From: Antedon mediterranea
Taxonomy: Eukaryota; Animalia; Echinodermata
Direction of reading: 5' to 3'
Assembly (NCBI RefSeq): GCF_964355755.1
Contig: NC_092678.1
Span: 17,811,365-17,875,364 of the forward strand
DNA: 64,000 nt
Made by a program: the position numbers and the translations under genes. Under the pieces are notes generated by a model that worked only from the letters and a program-made list of their open reading frames with translations, was not told the origin of the DNA and did no database searches. This document shows positions 39,920 to 54,439 of this stretch, piece after piece (the first letter of the stretch is position 1; every line of letters begins with the position of its first letter).

Positions 39920-39994
39920 AGTTTTGAAAGTGATGAAGCAAAAGCAGAAAATGCACCTTGATCTATGGTAGTTATATTGTTATAGTGTAAATAC
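39920..39994 (-). CDS. Right LRR gene, LRR exon YLHYNNITTIDQGAFSAFASSLSK
   Basis: 75 nt, tttgcag| and |gtaagt, phase 2-2. Confidence 0.88.
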
Positions 39995-40824
39995 CTGCAA
40001 AAATTGAAAAAAAAAGAAACACATTTCAAACGGATTGACTTAAAACAATATTAATAATAATACTGTGCAATAATACAATAAATAGATAACCACTACATTT
40101 GTCTGCTATATTTCACAGTACAGTTATTTGTATTCAATATTTCAGTGGGCAATTTAGACTTCGTTTGGCACTCGAAACAATGTCAAATGAAAGGCAAGCT
40201 AATATTGCCATGAGGAGGTGCAAATCTGAGGGAGAGGGGAAAATATAATGTGTACAAACAGATATCACCTCACCTTTATTTATAAAACTTGAAAATCAGA
40301 AAAAAGGGGAGAAGGTAGTGTAGTATTTGTGGTTGTTGCCAGATGCCTAAACTCTAGAAAATGATAAATTAAGTTTATCTTACGGACGGATAACGCTAAT
40401 AATAACATTTATTAATTCATAGTTATGCTTTATAGCTTTGTGAGGTTTTTTTTCGTGCACTTAGAAGAACTTATTTAAAGTGCATTTTAAGTATTGTTTT
40501 TCTTCTAGATTATTTCAGTCATCACAATAGTTAATGTTTGTTTTATTTGGAGGTTCAGACTTAAACACAAAGTACAAATGTATATAGTGCACTATGCTGT
40601 GTGAAATAAAACTGAAACTGAATGTACGTACCACCACATTAGGTACGGTAACCGATGCGCCCTCATTATGACGTTTTTTATAAGAGAAAGATACAAACCA
40701 TGTGTTGCGCGTGCGAACAAAGAACAAGTGCAGCTATTCCACCGTACGGAAGGAAAGATAACAAATGCCTCTCATAATAACATTATTTTTCATTTTAATA
40801 ATATTTACTAATAATGATAATAAC

Positions 40825-41595
40825 AACTAGATTTGAACTCGTCACTATGGACGAGTTAGGTAATCAGCAGCGCAAACGCCACGTGCACGTCATACTTTAT
40901 TGCGCAAATAAAAACGATTATGCCATATGATGACGTCACAACATTCGAATCGCATAATTTGTACATGAATTCCTATTGTACAATTCAACAGCTTCCAGAA
41001 AACGTTTTAATCATGAGTATCACTTTTTATTCTGAGGAGCTATAATAAATTTAAATTTATTGGAATGATGAAAAAAGTGACCAAAGTTATTCACGCTTTT
41101 GAACATGATGAAGTCATCACAATTTTAAAAATGGTAAATCATACGAAAGATAATTGATTGACCTAGACAATATAAACATATGGGGGGAAATGGAATATGG
41201 ATAAGTGGAGATGCGCTCTATTAAATGTGATGAGCTATGACAAAGAGACAAAAATCCTATATTTTATATTCGAGTGGCCATATGATGACGTCACAATGTC
41301 TAGTTAGCCATATTGATACATGATCCGATATCAACAACTCATCTACTACCAGAATATGTAAAAAAAAAACTTCACCATGTAGTTTAGAAACTATGACTGT
41401 TTAAAAAAAGGCATAATTTTGACGACTTTTTTTACTTTTTCATCAAAAACGAGCGCAAATTGTCCAATTCGACGTGCTCGTATGACGTGATTTTAAGTCG
41501 AAATTATTTGAAAGCTGGTAAAATTACTAGAAAAGGCTGGAAAAACATAAATCACGCGAAAAAATAACATTTACTAATAATGATAATAATAATTA
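40825..41595. mobile_element. Helitron/Helentron-like non-autonomous repeat
   Basis: Starts ACTAGATTTGAACTCGTC..GACGAGTT (hairpin) within TAA repeats and interrupts a module that is uninterrupted at about 62960-62990; second partial copy at about 46790-47135. Confidence 0.5.
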
Positions 41596-41682
41596 TACGA
41601 ATAGTACATACAATAAGTGTGGTTATATTACAACGAAAATATACTATTTTCAAAAGTATGATAAACAAGAGAAAGCACTCAC

Positions 41683-41754
41683 AGTTCTGTCAATGATTTC
41701 AAACCATCAAAGACGTTTTCTGGTAATGTAGTTATTTGGTTATCGCCCAAATCC
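41683..41754 (-). CDS. Right LRR gene, LRR exon DLGDNQITTLPENVFDGLKSLTE
   Basis: 72 nt, ttttcag| and |gtgagt, phase 2-2. Confidence 0.92.
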
Positions 41755-43542
41755 CTGAAAAACGTGAAAAAATTCTGTGTATAGTTAATAATTAGGCGTG
41801 TCACTCCAGCAGTGAAACCATAACAGGGTATACAAGGACGTAATAATATTTGTTTAATGTTACTTTAGCTCGTAATATCATTAGTTGCATGTTTTAGCTG
41901 TTTTTCTTTAACTGCTTTTACATGATATAATTATGTTTTATATATATTTTACTGTAATCATGTTGTACTTTCCATATCATATGATGACATAGATCAATAT
42001 CTACGATACAATACAACCGTTAAATGACGATGATCCATGTATTCTGCTATATTTTTACGTTTCGTTATGGCCGCCGATGGTGCTACAGTAATTGAATTAA
42101 ATAGTCTTGAGTTCGCATAAACAATGTCAAAATAGAAAAACTCAAAAAGAGCAAAAAGAAAGATATTACATTTGATCGTATCACGCATGAAACAGACATA
42201 TTTCATTGAAGTATTAATTCTTAAAATAAAATAATTATTTGTATGAGGCATAGAGTTAAACTGACGTTTTCATGAGAGGAAGATATATAATATTTGTTCC
42301 TCGTGCACAATAAGCTTATTACAACAACACTATTACACTAAAGCATAAAGTTACACTTAACTGTGCCTTAACATCGTTTAATAGTTCACCCTATATAAAA
42401 TTCTGATTTGTCCAAATTTCTTTTTTTTTAAATCTGACAAATATAAACATGAAGAAATCAAAAGCAATTTCATTAATATACATCATGAGACTTAAGAATA
42501 ATGACATCAATTTTCGATAATCATAAGGACGAGTTCTCGAATGATTCTCTCATTTGTGCCGATGGAATTGATATTTCTTAAGTTTACCTAACTACGGAGT
42601 AATAGATGCCTCAAACAATGACGTTTTCATGAGAGGAAGATATATAAAATTTGTTCCCCGTCAACACTATTTCAAATCACATGAATCAAAACAATATGTC
42701 GAGTGTGCCTATTCCTTCTTGTTCTTATTCCTCTTGAGAGGACGATATATAATATTTGTTCCGCGTGCAAAATAAGCTTATGACACTATTGTAGATTATA
42801 CGTGAATCGAAACAATTATGTCGAGTGTGCCTATTCCTTCTTGTTTTACTGTGGACAACCGCATAGAGAAACTTTAACATTTAACGCCATGCGTCTGGAT
42901 TGTCTGTGATTTTAAACGATTGTCAATGCTATCTCGACATGACAATTATTTCAATTTGGTAATACGACAGAATCTCAAATGTATCACATGTGGTTCTTGT
43001 ATCATTGGTTAAGAATAAACATTTATAATAATTATATAATTTCTCATTTAATAAAACATACCAGTTATACAAAAAACTACGTACAGGAGCTCGAGCTTGT
43101 GTTAAATTAGTACATATTTTTTATCATTTATATTAAGAATACATTAATCATAATGTTTAATGATGCTGTATTATCGAATTTTAATGTTACTGGAGAAATC
43201 GAGATACAATACCGATAATCAGGTGTGTTAGACCAGAATACGTTACTTCTGCTTAAAATGGAGGTCTTTGTTATGATATGATAATAATAATTTACTTTAA
43301 AACAAACGAATACAAGTAGGCCTATCACTACACACAATACAACTACATTCAGGAGCTTGTGTTAAAATAAAGGTTTAGGGATCAATCATAATCAAACAAA
43401 AACGGGCATATTATATTATTTTAGTTTTGGATAAATATTCTGTTTTTGCAAAGGGTAAAAAATGATGTGACAATAAGTGTGGTTATATTACAACAAAAAT
43501 ATACTATTTTCAAAAGTATGATAAACAAGAGAAAGCACTCAC

Positions 43543-43614
43543 AGTTCTGTCAATGATGTCAAACCATCAAACAAATTTGCTGTTAATGTAGTTATTTGGT
43601 TACTGTACAACGAT
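43543..43614 (-). CDS. Right LRR gene, LRR exon SLYSNQITTLTANLFDGLTSLTE
   Basis: 72 nt, tttcag| and |gtgagt, phase 2-2. Confidence 0.9.
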
Positions 43615-43764
43615 CTGAAAGCCGTGAGAAATGCAATACATAAGTTTAGTTTTGGATGAATATTCTGTCTTTGCAAAGAATAAAAAATGAAATTATGTGA
43701 AGTGTGGTTTTATTACAACGAAAATATACTATTTTCAAAAGTATTATAAACAAGTGAAACATTC

Positions 43765-43810
43765 GAACACATTTGCTGGTAATGTTGTTATTTGGTTATT
43801 GGCCAACCAC
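43765..43810 (-). pseudogene. Truncated LRR exon WLANNQITTLPANVF (3' part and donor deleted)
   Basis: Acceptor ttcag|G is intact; the sequence joins the intron module early and reaches a TAA. Confidence 0.8.
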
Positions 43811-46800
43811 CTGAACATTGTGAAAAATCTAATAAATAATATATACAGTACCAAGGGATAGGATGATAAAACATTATATATTTTAATTATAATTTAGAAA
43901 AACAAACAAAACATAACAATAAATATCTTATTGTGCCAGCAGAGGTCAAGTCCAATTAGGCGTGTCACTCCAGAAGTGAAACCATTACAAGGTATATACA
44001 AGGACATACTAATACTTGTTTAATGTTACTTTAGCTCGTATTATCATTATTTGCATGTTTTAGCTGTTTTTCATTAACTTCTTCTACATGATATATAATT
44101 ATGTTTTATCAATATTTTACTGTAATCATGTTGTACTTTCCATATCATATGATTTCCATATCATATGATGACATAGATCAATATCTACGATACAATACAA
44201 CCGTTAAATGACGATGATCCATGATTTCTGCTATATTTTTACGTTTCGTTATGGCCGCCGATGGTGCTACAGTAACTGCATTAAAAAGTCTTGAGTTCGC
44301 ATAAACAATGCCAAAATAGAAAAACTCAAAAAAAGCAAAAAGAAAGATATTACATTTGAACCTATTACGCATGAAACAGACATATTTCATTGAAATATTA
44401 TTTCCTAAAATAAAATAATTGTTGTTATGAGGAAAAGAGTTAAACTGACGTTTTCATGAGAGGAAGATATATAATATTTGTTCCTCATGCAAAATAAGCT
44501 TATTACAACACTATTACACTAAAGCATAAAGTTACACTTAACTGTGCTTTAAAATAAACATAATTAAAAGCATTACACAGTATAGGCCTAATAGTTCACC
44601 CGATAAAAATTTCTGATTTGTCCAAATTTCTTTTAAAAAAATCTGACAAATATAAACATGAAGAAATAAAAAACAATGTCGTTAATATACATCAGACTTA
44701 TGAATAATGACATCAATTTTCGATAATCATAAGGACGAGTTCTCGAATGATTCTCTCATTTGTGCCCATGGAATTGATATTTCCTAAGTTCACCTAACTA
44801 CGGAGGAATAACGCATTTATATTATGATTACATTAATCATAATGTTTAATGATACTGTGTTATCGAATTTTCTATGTTACTGGAGAAATCGGGATACAGT
44901 ACCGATATTCAGGTGTGTTAGACAAGAATACGTTACTCCGGCTTAAAAAATGGAGTTCTTTGATTTAACCACGTTCTGAAATGTGTCTGTAAAATCATGT
45001 TAGGCAAAAACAACACCTTGTATACCATAGCAGCCTGGTGTAGAGACCTATGTATTGTCTTCGCTAAATCCTTTCTTAAACTTGTTCCCACTTATACCTT
45101 CTGGAGGAATTTTATCCATAGATATAACCCTAATATATTGCTGATTGTATTCGTCATATTATAATTGTAACACAATGTGTCATAAGAACTGTTCGTTATA
45201 CCATGGTAGTATGTGGTGCAATTAATTAAAGAATTATATGAGTTGTAAATAGTTTACACAAAGTGCAACACAGTGTGACGTATTATCTGCTACAATATCT
45301 AATGATTACACATTTTTAATAATTATGTAAATTCTCATTTAATAAAACACTTATAATAACAAATTACCGTATTAAACGTACAAATCAAAGTATACAAACA
45401 ATAAGTATATACAGTACCAACGGAAATTGCGATAAAAAAGTATCTATTTTATTAATTTCGAAATACAAAAAAAAATAACAACAAAATATCTATATTGTGC
45501 CAACCGAGGCCAAAAAGGCTTATGTCCAATTAGGCGTGTCACTCTGACAGTAAAACAATTACAAGGTATAATTGATATAATACTAATTTTAATGTTACTT
45601 TATCTCGTATTATCATTATTTTCATGTTTTAGCTGTTTTCATTAACTGTCTTTGCATGATTATAACAATGTTTTATCTAGATTGACTGTATTCATGTTGT
45701 ACTTTCCATATCATATGATTTATAGACATATATCAATATCTACGATACAATACAACCGTTAAATGACGATGATCCATGTATTCTGCTATATTTTTATTTT
45801 TCATTATGGCCGCCAATGGTGCTACAGTAACTGAATTAAAGAGACAAAACAAAGCCAAAATACAAAAACTCAAAACGAGCAAAACGTAAACATTTGAACG
45901 TATTACACATGAAACAGACATATTCCGTAGAAGTATTAATTCCTAAAATAAAATAGTTGTTTTTATGAGGCATAGAATTAAACTGACGTTTTCATGAGAG
46001 GAAGATTATACTATTTGTTCCCCGTGCACAATAACCTTATAAAACTATTGCAGATTATACGTGAATCGGTAACGAGTCGGTGACAAACCGAACGGATCAT
46101 CCAGGATTTCTGAAAAGTATGGCCAAGTGTGCTCCCTTTGCGCAGTAGTATACGGAGGCGTGTCTATTTTTGTTTTCGTATCTAATTTTGGCTTTAAAAA
46201 CATGTCAGCCCAAAACAATCGCTACCCCTGGATCCACCCCGTCGGAATATTGTTGATATAAAATGATGGAGGTTCAGACGTTCTGTGGTACATTTAAATT
46301 GTATTATTTGTATGTTCCCTCTTTAAACTTCATCTTAATTGCAATATAATTATATATCAATAAAGTAATATTGTTTGCTTAGAAGTGTACCTGTTATTCA
46401 GCACTGAAGAAAACAAAATCAATGTTAATTAATGAGATGTAAAGCACATAGGCTGATTTTAGCACGATTATGCCATTGAAAAGATGTTAGTGTGCTCTCT
46501 ATTTTGTGTCACGTCTAAGTGTATAGAGTATACACTATAATTATATCTGTATACGTACTACATACAGTGCAGAATAGGTGAAAATACCGGGACCCGCTTT
46601 TTCTTCCAATTTTTACCCTGATGATGTCATCAAAATGAAACACGTAGATAGAAATTTTGGAAGGCAATTATCTGAGCAACAACATATCAACGTGTTGAAT
46701 AAATTTGAATACGTAGAATACGGAAGCGCGCTCTTTTAAATGTCATGAACTATGACACAAAATATGAAATTAATTAAAATTAATTATAATTGAACTGGCC

Positions 46801-47767
46801 ATATGATGACGTCACAACATCCGATTCGCATAATTTGTACATGAATTCCTATCTACAATTCAACAGCTTCAAGAAAACGTTTTAATCATGAGTATTACTT
46901 TTTATTCTGAGGAGCTATAATAAATTTAAATTTATTGGAATTATGAAAAAAAGTGACCAAAGTTATTCACGCTTTTGAACATGATGTCATCACAATTTTA
47001 AAAATGGTAAGTCATGCGAAAGATAATTGAATTAGTACAGATGCGTTCTATTAAATGTGATGAGCTATGACAAAAGAGACAACAATCTTATATTTTATAT
47101 TCGAGTAGCCATACGATGACGTCACAATGTTTAGTTAAGCCTGGTTTCCTGTCGACGTAAGATTTGGAAATGCTAACGTTTGTTACGATTGTTGCGTTTG
47201 TTACGTCTCTTCTGTTAAGTTGAACAAAAGGGAACGTCGTTTTGATCGTTCTGAACCGCAGGCTCACGAGCCGATAACGACCCTTACGTAAAGTTGACTT
47301 TTTTAACTTCAAGCGCTTACGGTCGTCTTATGATCGTTACGTAAAGTTGACATTTTTTCTTACGCTTCTGTGTTTGCTCGATCGATGGTTGCCCATGTCA
47401 GGCAATTGTTTTTCAGGTAGGCAGCCTAGGCTTAGAAAGGCATCATGCTGTGTGGCATATACTGTACATAGGCCTAGCTACATAAAACGGAACATGCCTA
47501 GGCCCAGGCCCAGTCGTACATCATAACCACTACCATTTTACTGTAATATAGGCAAGAGGCCTGTACTAAAAATGTCCTAGACCGTAGCCTTCTTGTAGGC
47601 CTAGCCTAGGCCTACTTAGTAATACTAGGCCTAGGCTAGCCTACTACTAAACGCCTTTTTTAGGCCTACCTACTATATAGCCTAGGCCCCTAGTACTTAG
47701 TAGTAGTAGGCCTCCTATACTAGCCTACTAGGCTAGGCCCTACAAACAAGTACTAGGCCTATCCCAA

Positions 47768-48350
47768 TTCAATCAATCAATCAATCAATAATTTTTATTT
47801 CTCAAATAAAAACACAAAAAAACAGTTAACATTTTCTAAAAATAATAGATAATAAATGAGAAAAAGGGGTACCCCACAGGAAGCTTAAGCTTTAAAATGT
47901 GGGGTCCTGGCAACATAATTAAAAGTAAGGTAAGGTAAGAAATATATATAATATATGATAATGAACATAAAAAGACATTTAACTTAACAAATGCAGTTAT
48001 TATTTGACTTAAGACAGATATATGATCAACTTAAATAATAATAGTAGAAACAAGGTATTCATGTAGTTTGAACTTAAATGAAGATATAAAATTAATAATT
48101 TTAATTTCATCTGGTAAAGAATTCCAAATTTTTGGTCCTTGAAAAGTTATATCATGCTTGCCAACCTCCGTATTAAAACAATCATAAGCATAATCAAATT
48201 TATTTCTGGTATTATAATTATGAACTGAACTAAAAGTTTGAAAATAAGTATCAAAAATTCTGGGCAGTTGATTATGTTTGAATTTAAACATAAATAAAGC
48301 AACATTTTTTGTAAGTAAGTCGTAAATATTAAGTGTATTAGATAAGACAA
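47768..48350 (-). mobile_element. CR1-group LINE 3' fragment
   Basis: LFMFKF...HNYNTR...FQGPKIWNSLP...FKFKL followed by a 3' UTR, AATAAA and a (TTGA)n tail. Confidence 0.8.
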
Positions 48351-49091
48351 TTAAGTGGACCACCATCTGTAGGCCTAGGCTAGCTTTGGAATTAGGCATA
48401 AATCTCTCTTTTTTTTAGTGTGACTTTATTTTATATGATAGGCCAAATAAAAAAAAAAAAACATTTTAACATTTTAATGTATTGGATCTACACACTCTAC
48501 ACAATAATTCCAACTTCTAAACTGCAACAAAAATGATCTACAGTGAAACTCTTCTTTTACATGCCCTTTGGTTGGAATGTGTTTAAAAACTAAATGTTTG
48601 TAACTAAAAATGTTATCATACTGTACACATAATTATAACTAATAGTAGTTCAGCAAGTGAAACCCACTTTAAATATGTTTAATTGTTTTTCTTTGATTTA
48701 AATTAATTATTGAAAAGCTTCAACACACTAGTTTTAAAATGTTAAATATTTTTACAGAGCAAATTTTAAACACAAAATGAGGCCTATAATGATTCCAAAG
48801 TAAATACTGCCCAGTACATAGAAAATATCACACTTATTTATTATTAACATTTTTACATGTGAACAGAAAGTCTGCTTCTAGTACCACTGAAAATTAAACA
48901 AAACATTGATATTAACATTGATAATGTAACAACATTGAAAGTGTATGTGTTGCATTTACAAATCGTTTTGCTTTATTAAATAGATATACAAGAATGACAC
49001 CAGAAAGATTGAATCAACTTGTGTCCTTAATTCAGCCCCATCTAAAAGAGAGAAATTACAGTACAGTGTACCACAGTTTCAGAGTTTAAAA

Positions 49092-52000
49092 TAGTCAGGT
49101 GGCTTAGCAACAATTTTCAGGATTAACGTTACCGGCCGGACAAAAGTACCAAAATTGGCATGGAGTTTCCTTTCGACCTATCTATTGATTTTATCCGTGG
49201 AACCCACTTGATCGGGTCTGATTTTCCAAGATGGCGGCCAAAATCCAAGATGGCCACCAGAAAAAAAGGAAATGCCATATATCTGGCTGTAAGACTCATA
49301 AATCAACAAATGGGGTGTAAATGTCAGAGTTTCTGGGGGTCACTGAAACAGAAGCTGGTCATTTCATGTTGCTCAGACCACCAATTTCCAAGATGGCGGC
49401 CAAATTTCAAAATGGCCACCAAAAAAATCAAATGTCATATATCAGACTGTAAAAATCAGAAATGAACAAATGAGGTGTCAATTCAGGGGTTTCTGAGGTC
49501 ACTGTAATAGATGCTGGTTAAGCCATTTTGCTCAGGTCACCCAATTCCAAGATGGCGGCCAAATTTCAAAATGGCTGCCAAAAAAAGGAAATATTGTATA
49601 TAAGGTTGTAAAAATCATAAATGAACAAATAAGGTGTCAATTCAGAGGTATCTGAGGTTACTGAAACAGATACTGGTCAAGCCATTTTGCTCAGGTCACT
49701 CATTTCCAAGATGGCGGTCAAATTTAAAAATGGCCGCCAATTCTACAATGAAGGAAGGATCACAGGTGAAATGGTAAGGAATATTTAATTGTATTGATTT
49801 TGTACATCGGCAGGCAATAGAGTACCTCAACCCAGGACAAATCCTAGTGATTACGTTTGACCAGCCTCTGTTCACGCTCGCCAAGTATGTACAATGAAAA
49901 TGGCCAGATCTCTATGGTGAGAAAGTCTACGTAGTTATGATGGGCGGACTGCACATTGAGAAGGCGCTAGTGAACAGTGTTGGCGATTTATTAGATGGGT
50001 CAGGTTGGACAACGGCTCTCACTGAATCTGACGTTGTTTCATCTGGAACAGCCGATTCATTCCTGAAAGTATCAAACATTACCAGAACTCGACATGCCCA
50101 TCAAGTCACTGTTCTTGTTCTTCAGCGGCTACTGAATGAAGCATTCAACTAGAGATCTAATATTGATGAGAGTTTGAACAACTGGCTGGAACAAATGTGT
50201 AAGAAATCTCCCACGTTCAAGTTCTGGAACATGATCGCACACTATGAGATTCTGATTCTCATATTTGTTAGAGCCCATCGGGAAAGAGACTTCCTATTGT
50301 ATGTTTCTGTATTAGAGGCACTCGTGCCATTGTTCTTTGCGTTAGATCATGTGAACTATTCTCGGTGGCTGCCTGTACACATTAGAGACATGAAGGCATG
50401 CCACAAGAGATCAAAATAATATTAGTTTGAAACTCGGAATCACTGTACAATCGCAAAGTCGTTACACAGATACTCTGCGATTCCAATAGACCAAGCGCAT
50501 GAGCAATAGAATAAAGTGGTGAAAGCATCCGGTGGTGTAGTAGGACTTACAGAGAATCCAGTTGCCTTCAGACGCTGGATGACTGCTGGACCCGAGCTTG
50601 CCAGACTTCTGAGACAGTATGAGAATGAATATATTATTCATGACGATGATCCGGAAAACCCAGCTAACTTTGAACACCATTAACAGGGACTTGCAGCACA
50701 GAAAACCTTCCAGCGACAGGTTGATAGTCTATCTAACACAATACGCAAGATGGGAAATCCCTTCCTGTATGACATCCCTGAGTTGGTAACTCTTGATAGT
50801 CGTAACTGCGCGAATGAGGCAGTAGTGGATACAATCCGTACACTAGAAGATACAGGCACAAAGAAGTGTCAAGAGTATGTGAAGACCGTGCCCGTGGATC
50901 GTAGTCGTTCCATACATGATACAATCTCAAAGAATTCACTACCCTTTCTCTCAACAAAGCTCAAAGTCAAATCAAAGGATTGCAAGAAAGTAAAGGTGCT
51001 TGAGAACAATGTGGCACTCTTCAGCCAGTTATACATTTCCTTACAAAATAGAGATGGTGACATCAGTGAATTCTTTGCACACGAAGTACAGTCGTATCCT
51101 CCATCCCTGTCTGAGTTTGGAAAGCTTAATCTGTCTGGTACCAAATGTCATCTGTTAAAATGTATCGAATCAAACCACACAGAGAGACCTGTATTTTATG
51201 ACTGCAAAGTTCTGAATGGTGCGGTGACAGTACATGCATTACCTGTAATAAATGTCTCAACATTCCAAGAATATGATGACAATGTGTTTATACCCCATCT
51301 GAAACGTCAGCTACGTGACACAAAGCAAGTGGATGTTGTGAAGGACGAATACCGACCAGATAGCCTTAAGGAGGGAACCAGGGAGAAACGAGGCAAAGGT
51401 GTGCGTAGAAAAGTATCAGGTGATACCAAGCTGCCGGGCAACTGGAATGACTTCTTCCGTGATTCAATCAACAAGAAAGAACTTTTTGAATTCCTTTCAT
51501 CAAAAGTTGCGGATTGCAGCATCCCTCTTGAGTGTTCGGTATATATCACAGCTGGAGAGCATGTTACATATGTTGGAATGCAGTTCAAAAATGTCCAGCT
51601 GTAATCAAGAGGAAGCAGACACCAGGATTGTGTTTCACGTGAAGCACGCGTTGGAAAATGGAGCAAAATCCATCCAGTTGCGAACTGTGGATACAGATGT
51701 TGTTGTTGTTGTTCTTAGTGTGTTTCATGACCTCTCTCATATAAATGCTGATCTTGATCTCTGGATAGCATTTGGAACTGGAAAGAACTACACTCATTAT
51801 CAACGCCATTTGTGCACATCTCGGTGAACGCAAATCACGTTCCCTGCCAATTTTCCACTCCCTGTCAGGATGTGATACTACCTCAGCGTTTAGAGTTACG
51901 GATGCCTTTCTTCATCTTGCCGCACATCCGTTTGAGCATCTTCACTTACATTCTGAATCATTTCAAAGAATCGAGAGACTAGTTGTCGTAGTTTATGACA

Positions 52001-52974
52001 AAACAAGTAACGCCATGAATGTTAACAGTGCTCGGATGGAACTGTTCAGCCAGAAACAGCAAGCTGTTGACAAGATACCACCTACTCAAATGCACTACTC
52101 CAGCACACTAGGAGGGCCGTATACCAAGCTGGCATCTGGACAACATGCATGTTATCTCAACAAACAAATCCGTGTCCAGTCGACTATGCATGGGTGAAAG
52201 TTGGGAACTCATGGGAACCTGTCTGGTCTACCATTCCAGAGGCATCTAAAGCTTGCAGAGAATTTGTGAAATGTGGCTGCAAAAGGACCTGTACAGTCTG
52301 CAAAAGGACCTGTACAGTCTGCAAATGCAGCAAGGCAAATCTGCCTTGCACATGTCCATCCAAATAGGGTAAATCAACTGTACTATAACTGTAAACTGTT
52401 ATGTAGCAATTATAGAAGTCCAATAACCATTAACAAGTCGAGCCAAGTAAACCTTTTTCATATATTATTTTTGTTAATTTCTGATTTTTAACCCACATAT
52501 GCCTACACAAAATTTTGGATTTTTTTTGGCAGCCATTTTGGAAATGGGTGACCTTAGCAAAATGGCTTGACCAGCATCTGTTTCGGTGACCCCAGAAACC
52601 CTGAATTAATACCTCATTTGTTCATTTCCGATTTTTACAGTGACACACACAACATTTCCCTTTTTAGCGGCCATTTTGAAATTTGACCGCCATCTTGGAA
52701 ATAGGTGGTCTGAGCAATATCAGCATCTGTTTCATTGACCCCAGAAACCCTTAAATTGACACCCCATTTGTTGATTTACGAGTTTTACAGCCAGATATAT
52801 GGCATTTCCTTTTTTCTGGGGGCCATTTTTGATTTTGGCAGCCATCTTGGAAAATCGGACCAGATCAAGTGGGTTCCACGGATAAAATCAATAGATAGGT
52901 CGAAAGGAAACTCCATGCCAATTTTGGTACTTTTGTCCGGCCGGTAACGTTAAAATTGCTAAGCCACCTGACTA
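49092..52974 (+). mobile_element. Academ (AcademX) DNA transposon, decayed and 5'-deleted ORF
   Basis: TAG...CTA termini (TAGTCAGGTGGCTTAGCAA / TTGCTAAGCCACCTGACTA), several-hundred-bp TIRs, AAAA on both flanks. ORF pieces: MGGLHIE, DHVNYSRWL, DQAHEQ, XPG-like EEADTR / DTDV / GCDTTS, and a C-terminal Cys cluster CGCK..C..CKC..CTC. Confidence 0.88.
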
Positions 52975-54439
52975 AAAATATGTTTATAGTTTTAGTACTC
53001 AACTTTTTAGATTTATTTAAAGGTTTAATTTCCTGTATCATATATATTGTGTGACACAGTGTATGCAAAGAAAGTTACTGTATATCACTTAAGGTAATCA
53101 GTAAAAGTGTTTGTGTTTGCTTTTTTAAAATGTATTTAGTTAATAAGTAAGTAATTATAGTATTTAGTTAAAGGTTTGATTGTCGGTATTGTATATTCTG
53201 TATGCCATGGTGTATGCATCTATTGTTTTTGAGAATTTATATAAATGGCCTAATCCATAAAATAGTATTGTGCAGAATGTATTTGTAAATAAATTTATTT
53301 AACAAGTATTTACTGTATGCTTCTTATTATTAAGTGTGGAGGGATATTGAATGGCAATATTATTTGATAACTTTATTATTATTACTATTATTATCATTAT
53401 TATTAATTGTTATTAAATATCTTACCTTCTGTATTTAATATTACATCTACTGCATCAGAGTCTAATAGCATGCTTCTTATAACAACACAAACAACAAAAA
53501 CATTGATTAGAAAAACTCAGATGGAGCAAATAGTGCCGGTTTAAATTGTTTAAAAACATCGAATCATTTCTCCTAATAAAAGAATAGTTAATGAACTTAA
53601 TTACCGGAAGGAGAATATGTCAATAAAATAAAGAAAAGTGTGAATAGAAAGAACTTGAATATAATTGTACGTTTTTAATATAGGGCTAATTTTTATCCTT
53701 TTTTGGTAAAGAGGTGTTGTGTAAAAAAGCTGCTTTTATTAATGAAATTCGTATTTTCGTATCTATTAAAAATAGGCCTATCCTTTTCCATTGTATATCT
53801 TGCGCTTACGACTCTTACGCTTACGTAAAGTTGACTCCAAGTCAACTTTACGTAAGAATCGTTAATAACGCAACGCAAGTGATCGCAAGCAATAAAATCC
53901 CGGTTTCCTGTAAATTCGCGATAAATCGACGTATCAGACGGAGATTCGATACCCCGGTTTCCTGTCGATCGTCTATTTTTCTTGCGTTTACGTCGATTTC
54001 ACCAAAATATTGTCGTAAGCGGTTTCCTGTCAAATGTTGGTTTCTTACGTAAAATCGACGTAACAATCGTAACTGACGTTAGAAAAACTGACTCTTACGT
54101 CGACAGGAAACCAGCCTTAAGTAATTTTTCGTTGTTTGTTGATCTCACCGGGCAATATTTTCATATTGTGATGGCTTGCACAAAATCGCGTATCTCGACT
54201 TTCTTGCGCAAAACTACGAAAAACTCAAAAAGTGGGTTACTTTCATTTTACTATTACGATTTACATATTGCGATTTGAAAATCGTTCTTGGTACCATTGT
54301 AAAGCTAAAATCTTTTTGATTGTTTTAGTCTAAATTATATGTAAATCAGATCACATACATAGTTTCAATCAACTTTAATAAAAACATATAATTGGGCTAT
54401 AAATGCTGGCGGTGGCAGTTTCTAACTGGAAAAACCTCT

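Larger units (their letters stand above)
41610..46460. repeat. Duplicated LRR exon+intron modules
   Basis: The block CAATTAGGCGTGTCACTC...GATCAATATCTAC...TGACGTTTTCATGAGAGGAAGAT recurs from about 41790, 43950 and 45530, and again at 61620 and (partially) 63470. Confidence 0.9.
47138..54117. mobile_element. PIF/Harbinger-type element hosting nested insertions
   Basis: TIR AG(C/G)CTGGTTTCCTGTCGACGTAAGA at both ends in TTAA context; internal RMTPERLNQLVSLIQPHL (about 48991-49045) resembles the Harbinger transposase N-terminal motif. Confidence 0.7.
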
